Part shown: positions 35,806 through 44,289 of the stretch, one piece after another
How the letters are laid out: each line of letters starts with the position of its first letter
Numbering within the stretch: the first letter of the stretch is position 1
Source: Gemmatimonadota bacterium
GTDB taxonomy: Bacteria; Gemmatimonadota; Gemmatimonadetes; Gemmatimonadales; GWC2-71-9
NCBI GenBank assembly: GCA_039591655.1
Contig: JBDHDE010000018.1
Coordinates: 1-53,347, forward strand
Reading direction: 5' to 3'
DNA: 53,347 nt
Made by a program: the position numbers and the translations under genes
Notes under the pieces: generated by a model
What the model was told of the DNA's origin: nothing
Databases searched by the model: none
The model's input: only the letters and a program-made list of their open reading frames with translations

Positions 35806-36527
35806 GTCACCCCCTTGCGCTCCAGGTAGCGTACCACCTCGATGCACATCGCCCGCACCAACCGTGCTTCCCGGGCGTCCATCGGTGTACGGTGCAGCAT
35901 CTCCCGCACCGTCCGCATGATCATCTCCGGGTTGCGCGTCTTGAAGAACTCGATGGCGGCGAGCGCAGCCTCGGCGTCCAGGAAGATCTGCTCCAGATCC
36001 TGGGCACTCGCCGGGGACGCCGCACGCCGCGACGTCTTGAGGGGCGGCGCGCCCCCGGCAAGGAACAGCTCGTAAGCCATCAGCGTGAAGGCCTGCGCCA
36101 GGTTCAGCGCCGCGTAGTCGGGGTTGGAGGGTATCACGATGCTGCGATGGCAGCGATCCAGCTCCTCGTTGGTGAGCCCCCGGTCTTCCGGACCGAGGAC
36201 GAGGGCCGCGCAGCCGCTGTCCGCCGCCGCCAGGAGTTCCGGAGCCGCGTCCCTCGGCTGCTGCGCGTTGCGCTTGGCCGTGCGCTGCCGCGCGGTCATG
36301 CCGGCCACGTGAGTGCAGTCCGCCAGGGCGTCCTCGAGCTCGTCGTACATTCCGACCCGCTTCAACACGTCGCCTGACTTGTGAGCGATGCCCTCGATGC
36401 GCCGTGGCTCATACTCCTCGGGTTGGACCAATCGGAGATCGTACAGCTCGAAGTTCTTCATCGCCCGCACCACCCCGGCGATGTTCACGATGTCCTGCGT
36501 GCGCACCATCACCACGACCAGGCTCAC
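35802..36527 (-). CDS. trmJ: TrmJ/LasT family SPOUT RNA methyltransferase
   Basis: GTGA overlap start; NIAGVVRAMKNF, MTAR, LGPEDRGLTNEEL, IPSNPDYAALNLAQA. Confidence 0.85.
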   Translation of the reverse strand: MSLVVVMVRTQDIVNIAGVVRAMKNFELYDLRLVQPEEYEPRRIEGIAHKSGDVLKRVGMYDELEDALADCTHVAGMTARQRTAKRNAQQPRDAAPELLAAADSGCAALVLGPEDRGLTNEELDRCHRSIVIPSNPDYAALNLAQAFTLMAYELFLAGGAPPLKTSRRAASPASAQDLEQIFLDAEAALAAIEFFKTRNPEMIMRTVREMLHRTPMDAREARLVRAMCIEVVRYLERKGVT

Positions 36528-39295
36528 GACACCTCCGCCACCGTGGCCGTCGACGGCCACTCGCGGTCGCCTCGGAGATAGACCCACCCTGCTTGCCCCG
36601 ACAGGACCAACTGACCGGCGCGGCGCTCACGCGCCGGGTACATCTCGTTGATCACGAGGTTCACTGGAATGGCGTCGCCCGGCGCCAGGGGCCGGCCGGT
36701 ATCCACCGCGATCACGATTGCGTAGCCCCGTTCCGTCGCGGTCCAGGTCGCACTACAGCGAGAGGCGTGAGCTGCGGTCCCCACCACGCCACGCGTCCGG
36801 ACCCCCTCCGACTCGGCCTCCGGGACCACGACGTACCCGGCCCAGCCGTCACGTCCTACGTAGCACTGGAGGCCGTCGGAGTGAATGTCGCCGATCTCGT
36901 TGTCGAGGGCCGGATCCGGGGCGTCGCTCGCGCGGAAGCACAGCTCCGGCTTCGTCACGTCGGCAGCGAAACAAACGCGGGACCCGACGGCGAACACTGC
37001 GACCTTCGCCTCGAAGGGACCAGCCTTGCCGTACGGATTCTCGGAGCGACGGTAGTGCGACTCGCCCAACGTGATGATCGCGTCCCGGGGTACTACCCGC
37101 GGCCACTCCCCGGGAGAGGGAAGTCGATCCAACAGCGGACACGTGATCGTGGCCTGTCCGGCCTCGCGGCGGGGCGCCGGCTTGGGATGCCGCCGGCGGT
37201 GCCCGCCCAACACCGTAGTCCGTCCCGTTCGCCCAGCGATGCGCACCTCCTGCTCCGAGAGCTGCAGCCGTTCCTTGCTCCCGTCGGCCAGCCGGACCAC
37301 GACTTCGTCTCCCGCCACGATCGCTTCGCGCACCGACCCCGGCGTCAGACCGAGAACCTGTGTCCAGCGGCCCGCTCCCCGAGCACGGCGCACGAGAAAC
37401 CGCAGCGGGCCGCCGTCGGCAAACTCGAGGGTGGGCGGCCCGGCTGCCGTCGCCAGGAGGAGGCCTTCGTCCCGCCGCGGCAGGAGAACGAGACGCAGCG
37501 CATCGTTGCCCGCCTTCACAGTGAACCCCTTCACCGGCCGCAAGAACGCCTCGACCTTGGTGAGGGGGATACGCGCAGCGGTCGTCCCTCCCCCGCTCTC
37601 CTTGGTCGGACCACTGGCGGCGGTGACGTCCAGTAGCTTCGCATCGCGGGGCGGCTCGAGCCCAGCCAAGGGGTGAAGCGGAAGATCCACCACCACGTCA
37701 CCCGGCGCCTCGATGTCCACCATGTCCACCAGGTAGTCCCGGCCGCACACCACCGTGCGCCGGGCGGCCGTCCCGGGCCCGAACACCCCACGCGCCGCGG
37801 CGCGGCACCACGCCCACTCGCCATCGTGGTCGAACGCCTCGCACCGCCCGGCGCGCGCCAGCTGTCCCGCTCCCGCCACCCCGGGAGCGTTGTGGGCCAA
37901 CGTGGAGCGATACCAGTGCAGCGACGGGCTGACGTAGGACCCGGTTCCGAAGTCGGCCAGCAGGGGTTGGTCGGCGAAGACGCTGAGGTGGAGCAGATCG
38001 GGGTGTCCATGCCCTCCGGGCCGCCCGCCGCACTCCATGCTCACGTAGCGTCCCTCGCCCGTGCGCAGCACCGCCACACCAGCATCCTCCAGTAGCGTGG
38101 AAGCCCTCTGCCACGACGCGGAAGCCTCGCCAGGCGGGTCGGGATCCATCCACAGCAGCGCCTTCCAGCCCAGGGTCTCCCGTGACACCCGCGCTGCGGG
38201 ACGGTTCAACTCCTGCTCGGCGATCTCGACGAAGCCGATCTCCGGACCCGGGGGGAGGCGCCGACCGTACATGTCGGACAGCAGCGCCGCGATACGCGGA
38301 TCACCGGTCCGTACCCGGCCGATCTCCCACAGCTCGGCGAATCTCGGCTGGAGCAGGCTCACTCCGTAGGGGGAATCGCCCCGGGCCGGGAGGGTGAGGT
38401 CCGGCAGCACCGTATCCAGCGGCGCCGTGAACAGCGCGGCCAGTCGCTGGCCGACGTCAGGCTCGGCATAGAGGTCGATGTCCGCCGCGCGCAGCAGCTC
38501 CGCGGCGAGGAGGAACCCGCGCAGGGCGAAGAAGTGGTAGTTCTCGCCCTCGAACCAGAGACCGTCACGGGTCACCGCGTGTCCGAGCTGCACGCGTATC
38601 CCGTGGGGGCCGTCCAGTCCCCGCTCGACGAGGCCCGCGTCATCGAGCCAATACCCCGCTGCAATGAGGGCCGCGTTGCTCCACACCTGCCGGTTGGACC
38701 ACGCCTCGTCAAACGACGCGATGAGCCCCGCAGACTCCCGCGCCACGGGCTCCAGGGCGGCACGAGCCTCGCCGCGCCCCAAGGCCTCCAGTTGGGACGC
38801 AGCTATCAACAGCTGCAGCAGCCAGACCGACTCCAGGTACGTCGAGAAGAAGAGGCGCGTGGGACCCAGCACGTTGTCCCGGTTGGGCACGCGAGGGTAC
38901 AGCTCCGCGTACCCCGTAACGATCTCCACCGCGCGATCTTGCAGCGCCGCAGCACCACCGAGCCCCGCCAGGAGCGCCAGGTGGATCGCCCGCTCCGAGA
39001 GCCACAGGTGATAGCGCCAGATCCATGCCCGATGGTGTCGCTCGCCCCGGAACTCCCGCCCGCAGCGCGGACAGGTGTGAAGGTCGGGACTCAGGGGATC
39101 GAAGACGAGGCGGGAGCCGTCCTCCACGCACACACCCCCGTCGCGGGAGAGCAGCGCCTTCTGATCCGGCAGATAGAGAGGAGCCGCGAGCATGGGATCG
39201 AGGTACCGCCCCAAGTACTCCGCGAGGCGCCCCAGCGCCGGCCACTCCACCACCGTGGCGCGGCGCCCCGCGACATCGTCAGGCTTGAGGAGCAT
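36524..39295 (-). CDS. Heparinase II/III-like (PL15/PL17-type) lyase with N-terminal Cys knuckle and C-terminal carbohydrate-binding-like domain
   Basis: DGLWFEGENYH, GHGHPDLL, DFGTGSY, STLAHN; C-x2-D..CPRCG; C-terminal beta domain (DNEIGDIHSDGLQCY); no signal peptide. Confidence 0.75.
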   Translation of the reverse strand: MLLKPDDVAGRRATVVEWPALGRLAEYLGRYLDPMLAAPLYLPDQKALLSRDGGVCVEDGSRLVFDPLSPDLHTCPRCGREFRGERHHRAWIWRYHLWLSERAIHLALLAGLGGAAALQDRAVEIVTGYAELYPRVPNRDNVLGPTRLFFSTYLESVWLLQLLIAASQLEALGRGEARAALEPVARESAGLIASFDEAWSNRQVWSNAALIAAGYWLDDAGLVERGLDGPHGIRVQLGHAVTRDGLWFEGENYHFFALRGFLLAAELLRAADIDLYAEPDVGQRLAALFTAPLDTVLPDLTLPARGDSPYGVSLLQPRFAELWEIGRVRTGDPRIAALLSDMYGRRLPPGPEIGFVEIAEQELNRPAARVSRETLGWKALLWMDPDPPGEASASWQRASTLLEDAGVAVLRTGEGRYVSMECGGRPGGHGHPDLLHLSVFADQPLLADFGTGSYVSPSLHWYRSTLAHNAPGVAGAGQLARAGRCEAFDHDGEWAWCRAAARGVFGPGTAARRTVVCGRDYLVDMVDIEAPGDVVVDLPLHPLAGLEPPRDAKLLDVTAASGPTKESGGGTTAARIPLTKVEAFLRPVKGFTVKAGNDALRLVLLPRRDEGLLLATAAGPPTLEFADGGPLRFLVRRARGAGRWTQVLGLTPGSVREAIVAGDEVVVRLADGSKERLQLSEQEVRIAGRTGRTTVLGGHRRRHPKPAPRREAGQATITCPLLDRLPSPGEWPRVVPRDAIITLGESHYRRSENPYGKAGPFEAKVAVFAVGSRVCFAADVTKPELCFRASDAPDPALDNEIGDIHSDGLQCYVGRDGWAGYVVVPEAESEGVRTRGVVGTAAHASRCSATWTATERGYAIVIAVDTGRPLAPGDAIPVNLVINEMYPARERRAGQLVLSGQAGWVYLRGDREWPSTATVAEVS

Positions 39296-40313
39296 CCTCC
39301 TCCTCTTCCTCTTGCCACACCGTCACGCCGTCGAATGCGAACGCCGCCTCGAGGACCTCCGCGCCGGCGGCAGCCACGGCGGCCACCACGGTGTCACGCC
39401 CCGCCGCGGGACACAGCACGACCATGCACCCGCCGGCTCCGGCGCCTGTGGCCTTGAGCCCCCACGCGCCGGCTTGCCGGGCAGCTTGCTCGATGGCTTG
39501 GATCTTGGGCGTCGAGATCGAGGCATGCAACCGCTGCTGCTGCCGCCAGTTCTCATCGACCACTTCCCCGAGCGCGTTCCAATCGCCGGCCTCCAGGGCC
39601 CGTGCCGCCGGCGCCACCAGGTCACGCAAGGCGTGCAGCGCCTCCGTCACTTCCGCCTCCCCCTCCCCGTACGCCTGCCAGACGTGGGCATGAGTGCCCG
39701 ACGAGAAGTGTGAGTGGCCCGTGTAGATCAGGAGCAGATGACGCTGCAGGTCGCGGGCGGCCTCCCCGTCCACGGCGAGCCGTAGCACCTGGACGCCTTC
39801 CTCGGCGAAGGTTAGCTGGTGGAATCCCCCGAGGGCCGCCGCGTACTGATCTTGCCGCCCGCCCAACAGCCCCAACTCCCGCGCCTCGAGCTGGAAGCCC
39901 ATCTCCGCCAGCTCATCCGGCTCGTAGGGCTCCTCCCGCATCCGTGAGAGCCCCGCCAGCAGCGCCACGTCGAGGGCGCCGGATGCGCCGAGCCCCGACC
40001 CGCCGGGCGCGTCGGAGCGGGACAGTATCTCGATGCCCCCGGTCACCGGGAGCATGTTGAGCGCCGCCTTGTGGAGATCGAGCTGGCCGTCGTAGGCGAT
40101 CGCCTGCGATGACTTGATCGTCACGTGCTCGCCAAGGTCCTCGGCGTGCAGCCGAATCGTCTGCCCCCGGGCTCCCAGCAGGAACTCCACGTGGACCTGG
40201 AGGTCGACGGCGGCGTTCACCACCGCACCACCCTCCCGGTCGGCAAAGACGGGAACGTCGGTCCATCCTCCGGCGAAGTCGATGCGCAGCGGCGCCCTGG
40301 AACGCACGATCAC
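39279..40313 (-). CDS. GHMP sugar kinase (HddA/fucokinase-like)
   Basis: GTGA overlap start; APLRIDFAGGWTD, PGGSGLGASGA, GRQDQYAA, KATGAGAGG. Confidence 0.88.
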   Translation of the reverse strand: MIVRSRAPLRIDFAGGWTDVPVFADREGGAVVNAAVDLQVHVEFLLGARGQTIRLHAEDLGEHVTIKSSQAIAYDGQLDLHKAALNMLPVTGGIEILSRSDAPGGSGLGASGALDVALLAGLSRMREEPYEPDELAEMGFQLEARELGLLGGRQDQYAAALGGFHQLTFAEEGVQVLRLAVDGEAARDLQRHLLLIYTGHSHFSSGTHAHVWQAYGEGEAEVTEALHALRDLVAPAARALEAGDWNALGEVVDENWRQQQRLHASISTPKIQAIEQAARQAGAWGLKATGAGAGGCMVVLCPAAGRDTVVAAVAAAGAEVLEAAFAFDGVTVWQEEEEEDAPQA

Positions 40314-41893
40314 GGCTGCTCTCCCTCCTCGATGCGCCAGTTGGCGATGGTCGCGAGCTCCCCCCGGAGGTCCGGGGCCAGTGCCCGCACGCGTCGGTTC
40401 GCTCCTTGCAGCCCCCGAGCGTGGTACAGCCAGGTGGTGGGATGATTGCGGTACAGCACGAGCTGCGCTGCCTGCCACGCGGCACGCAGCGCGTCCTCCG
40501 TCGGGGCTACGCGGGCGGCGGCCAGCGCCGTATCGAACGCCGCGCTGGCGAAGCCGGGATAGGCCAGGGGGCCCGGGTCGCGCCCCTCGAACATGGCGGC
40601 CACGAACCCGAGGGAGAGGTCGCCCGGGATTCCCGTGACCAGGGCGTCGAAGTCCCGCTGCGGGCTCTGGGCCACTGCGAGGAACGTGGCGAGCTCCAGC
40701 TGCCGAATGGTCACCGCGACGCCCACCTCCCGGAGCTGCGCCTGAATCATCTGCTCCAGGGCGTTCTCACCACTCCCCACGGTCAGCAGCTCGAATGCCA
40801 GGCGTCGCCCGCCGCGCTGGCGCATCCCGTCGGCTCCCGGCGACCATCCGGCCTCCTCCAGCAGGCGCCGGGCGGCGGCCGGGTCGGTGCGCATCGGCGG
40901 CACGGGCTCGTGCCACGGATGCTCCGGGGGAACCGGGCCCTCCGCCACAGTGCCGTAGCCGTTCAGGTAGGCGTCCACCATGAGCTGGCGGTCGAGGGCC
41001 AGGGTGAGGGCGCGCCGTACCCGCACCTCGTCGAACGGCGGCCGGCGCAGGTTCCAGGCCAGCGCGTAGACGAAGAGCACCGGGTAGTCCACCACAGTGA
41101 GCCGCGGATCCTGCTCCACGAATTCAGCGTGGGCCGGGCTGATCCCGGCGAAATCCAGCTCGCCCGAGGTGAGGGCCGCCAGTTTGGTGGCCGGCTCGTC
41201 CACCACGGCGATCACGAAGCGCTCCAAGGCCGGTCTCCCGAGAGACGCCGGAAAGTCTGGGGCCCGCTCGAACACCCAGCGCTGGTTGGGCCGGTACTCC
41301 GCGAACGCAAAGGGGCCGTTTCCCACGGGCGCGCGGTTGAACTCCGCCCGGCGGACGTCTCCCGCCGCGACGCCGGCGAGGCGGTGCGCCGGGAGAATGG
41401 CCAGATCGGTGAGCACGTCGGGAAAGGTAGGCTGGGGCCGATCGAACTGCACCCGCACCGTGAACGAATCCGGAGCGGTCACCTCCATCACCGCTGCCAG
41501 ATCCCGTACCCTGGGGTATGCGGTCGCGGCAGCCCTGGCCGTCTCCAGCGTCCAGACCACATCAGCGGCCGTGGTGGGGACACCGTCGTGCCACGCGACG
41601 TCCTGCCGCAGCGCGAACGTGAGCGCGGTGCGGTCCTCGCTCCACTCCCACGCCGCGAGCCGTGGGACGGGGCGCAGCGCGCTGTCGTATGCTGCCAGGG
41701 TCAGCAGCAGCACGTGCTTCTGCACCGCCTTGGCCAGGGGGTGCACGGCTATGAGCGGATTGATGGACTGGAGATCCGCGCCGGAGGCGTAGAACACCAT
41801 GGCGTCCCGCGCGCCACCCCGCTCGGCGGTGCATCCGGCACCGAGGACGAGCAGGGTTGACGCGCAGACGGCTACCGAGCGAGTGTAGCGCAT
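40310..41893 (-). CDS. ABC transporter substrate-binding lipoprotein, family 5 (peptide/nickel type)
   Basis: Start MRYTRS, lipobox GAG-C; LRQDVAWHDGVPTTAADVVWT, PVGNGPF, VRRALTLALDR. Confidence 0.88.
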   Translation of the reverse strand: MRYTRSVAVCASTLLVLGAGCTAERGGARDAMVFYASGADLQSINPLIAVHPLAKAVQKHVLLLTLAAYDSALRPVPRLAAWEWSEDRTALTFALRQDVAWHDGVPTTAADVVWTLETARAAATAYPRVRDLAAVMEVTAPDSFTVRVQFDRPQPTFPDVLTDLAILPAHRLAGVAAGDVRRAEFNRAPVGNGPFAFAEYRPNQRWVFERAPDFPASLGRPALERFVIAVVDEPATKLAALTSGELDFAGISPAHAEFVEQDPRLTVVDYPVLFVYALAWNLRRPPFDEVRVRRALTLALDRQLMVDAYLNGYGTVAEGPVPPEHPWHEPVPPMRTDPAAARRLLEEAGWSPGADGMRQRGGRRLAFELLTVGSGENALEQMIQAQLREVGVAVTIRQLELATFLAVAQSPQRDFDALVTGIPGDLSLGFVAAMFEGRDPGPLAYPGFASAAFDTALAAARVAPTEDALRAAWQAAQLVLYRNHPTTWLYHARGLQGANRRVRALAPDLRGELATIANWRIEEGEQP

Positions 41894-42884
41894 GCTGCGC
41901 CAGATAGCCCGGCGGCTGGCCCTGGGAATCGGTATCGTGCTGGTCGTCGTCACTCTCACGTTCATTCTCATTAGTCTCGCGCCCGGGGATCCCGCAAGGC
42001 TCTGGGTGGCGCCGGGGGCCGGCGAGGCCGAGCTGGAGGCGGCCCGCCGGGCGCTGGGGCTCGACCGGCCGCTCATCGCCCGGTACGCGTCCTGGCTCGC
42101 CAACTTCACCCGGGGCGACTGGGGCATGAGCCTGGCGCAGCAACGGGCCGTCACCCGGGTCATCGCCGAGGCACTGCCTCACACGCTGCTGCTCTCGGTG
42201 AGCTCCCTGCTGCTCACCTACCTCGTGGGCGTGACCGTCGGCGTGGTCCAGGCCATCAAGCGGCGCACCGCGCTGGATACCGGGCTCACCGTGGGCACGC
42301 TGCTGGTCTACGGCATGCCGGCCTACTGGCTCGCCATCATGCTGGTGCTGGTGTTCGCCTACTCCGCGGCCCGTTACGACTGGCCCGTCTGGCTCCAGTT
42401 CCCGGCCATGGGGGTGGCTTCCCTGGACGCCGACTTCCTGACGCCCTGGGGCCGGCTGGTGGACCGGCTGCGCCACCTCACGCTGCCCCTGCTCACCCTG
42501 GGCGCCATCGGGGCGGCCGGGACGGCGCGCTACGTACGGGGGGCGGTGCTCGACGTGCGGGCCAACGAGTTCGTGCGGACCGCGCGGGCCAAAGGCCTGC
42601 CGAGCCTCACCGTCGAGCTGCGGCACGTGCTGCGCAACGCCCTCATGCCGGTGGTGACGCTACTGGGGCTCACACTCCCTGCCCTGTTTTCCGGCACCGT
42701 GTTCGTCGAGGTGATCTTCGCCTGGCCCGGGATGGGCCGGGTGATGGTAGATGCAGTGGGTGCCCGGGACTACCCGGTGGTCATGGCCACGACGGCGATC
42801 TTCGCGGTGCTGGTGGTCGTCGGGAACCTGCTGGCGGACCTGCTCTACGCCTGGGTCGATCCCCGGCTGAGGCGCGCGTCATGA
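41892..42884 (+). CDS. ABC transporter permease, DppB/OppB type
   Basis: APGDP, GLDRP, GDWGMS, FVRTARAKGL, HVLRNAL, FAWPGMG, RDYPVV, DPR. Confidence 0.9.
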   Translation: MLRQIARRLALGIGIVLVVVTLTFILISLAPGDPARLWVAPGAGEAELEAARRALGLDRPLIARYASWLANFTRGDWGMSLAQQRAVTRVIAEALPHTLLLSVSSLLLTYLVGVTVGVVQAIKRRTALDTGLTVGTLLVYGMPAYWLAIMLVLVFAYSAARYDWPVWLQFPAMGVASLDADFLTPWGRLVDRLRHLTLPLLTLGAIGAAGTARYVRGAVLDVRANEFVRTARAKGLPSLTVELRHVLRNALMPVVTLLGLTLPALFSGTVFVEVIFAWPGMGRVMVDAVGARDYPVVMATTAIFAVLVVVGNLLADLLYAWVDPRLRRAS

Positions 42885-43741
42885 AGATGCTGCCGGCGCT
42901 GCTGCGGGATGGCCGCACGGCCGTGGGCTTGGCGATCCTGGGCCTGTTCGGCGCCGCGGCGCTGCTCGCCCCGCTCATCGCCCCGGCCGATCCCATCGTG
43001 CAGCACGACGTGCTCGCCACGCGGTTCGTCTCGCCGTTCTCGCTGGGACCCGACGGCGTGCGCCACTGGCTGGGCACCGACGCGTTCGGGCGGGACGTCC
43101 TCTCCCGCCTGATCTACGGCGCCCGGATCTCGCTGGCCGTGGGGCTCCTCTCGGTGGCGGTCTCCATCGTGCTGGGGGCGGCGATCGGCGTGACGTCTGC
43201 CATGGCCGGCGGCATGATCGAGCGGGCCCTGATGGCGCTCACCGACGCCGCCCTGGCGATGCCCCGCATCGTGTTGCTCCTCGCCCTCGTCACGCTGTGG
43301 TCGCCGAGCCTCCTGCTCGTGGTGTTGGTGCTGGGGTTCACCGGCTGGATGAGCGTGGCCCGGCTGGCCCGGGCCGAGGTGAAGGGCCTGATGGCCCGGC
43401 CGTTCGTTGAGGCGGCACGCGCCGGCGGCATCGGCAGACTGCGTCTCATGTGGCGCCACCTGCTACCCAACGCGTTGACGCCGCTGATCGTGGCGGCGGC
43501 CCTGGGTGTGGGAAACGCCATCATGCTGGAGGCGGGCCTGTCGTTCCTGGGGCTGGGCGTTCCCGCGCCGGCGCCCTCATGGGGCAACATGATCGCCAGC
43601 GGACGCGAGGCGCTGGTGAACGCGCCGTGGGTGGCGACGTTCCCGGGGCTGGCCGTGGCGCTGGCCGTGGTGGCCAGCAACCTGATTGGGGACGGGGCGC
43701 GGGATGCGCTGGATCCCAAGACGAGAAGCGCCCTCCGCTAG
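42881..43741 (+). CDS. ABC transporter permease, DppC/OppC type
   Basis: ATGA overlap; LGTDAFGRD, GARISL, FVEAARAGG, HLLPN, LSFLGLG, SWGNMI, RDALDP. Confidence 0.9.
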   Translation: MKMLPALLRDGRTAVGLAILGLFGAAALLAPLIAPADPIVQHDVLATRFVSPFSLGPDGVRHWLGTDAFGRDVLSRLIYGARISLAVGLLSVAVSIVLGAAIGVTSAMAGGMIERALMALTDAALAMPRIVLLLALVTLWSPSLLLVVLVLGFTGWMSVARLARAEVKGLMARPFVEAARAGGIGRLRLMWRHLLPNALTPLIVAAALGVGNAIMLEAGLSFLGLGVPAPAPSWGNMIASGREALVNAPWVATFPGLAVALAVVASNLIGDGARDALDPKTRSALR

Positions 43742-44241
43742 TCGCCCTCCTCTCCCATCGGAATCTCCTTGAGCTCCCGCTTGAGCAGCGGGTGCTGGCT
43801 CAGGAGATACCAGCCCATCACCACGGCCGCCGCGAGGCTCACCACCCCGATCTGCCACCACGCGCCGGCGATCAGCGGCTGCCCGAACACCAGCAGCGCC
43901 GCGTAGATGTGGGCCGCCACGAAAAGCAACACGAAGAGGATCGCGTAGCGCGCCACCGGATAGCGCTCCGCCTTCGACACCAGCCAGGAGGTGAACAGCC
44001 CCAACGTCACGAACGCCAGCACGTGCACCATGTTGTAGGCCAGCACCGGCCCCGGCGCGATCTGCAGCTGGCTGGGATCCTCCAACCCGTAGAACAGCAC
44101 CGAGCCGAACATCGCCGGCGTGTAGAACAATGAGCGGCTGGCCACCACGTTGATCAGAGCGAACAGCACCACGACCGTGAAGTAGCCGAGGAGCCCGGCG
44201 TACATGCCGCCCGTCAAGATCTTCTTGGTCTCGGAGCGCAC
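43738..44241 (-). CDS. Hypothetical membrane protein (about 4 TMs)
   Basis: GGAGG RBS before GTG; four hydrophobic segments; TP..FG and YNMVH motifs. Confidence 0.7.
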   Translation of the reverse strand: MRSETKKILTGGMYAGLLGYFTVVVLFALINVVASRSLFYTPAMFGSVLFYGLEDPSQLQIAPGPVLAYNMVHVLAFVTLGLFTSWLVSKAERYPVARYAILFVLLFVAAHIYAALLVFGQPLIAGAWWQIGVVSLAAAVVMGWYLLSQHPLLKRELKEIPMGEEGD

Positions 44242-44289
44242 GGGACACCTCCCGGGTTGGGCCAGCCTGCGTGGAAGCTCTCTCGGGCT

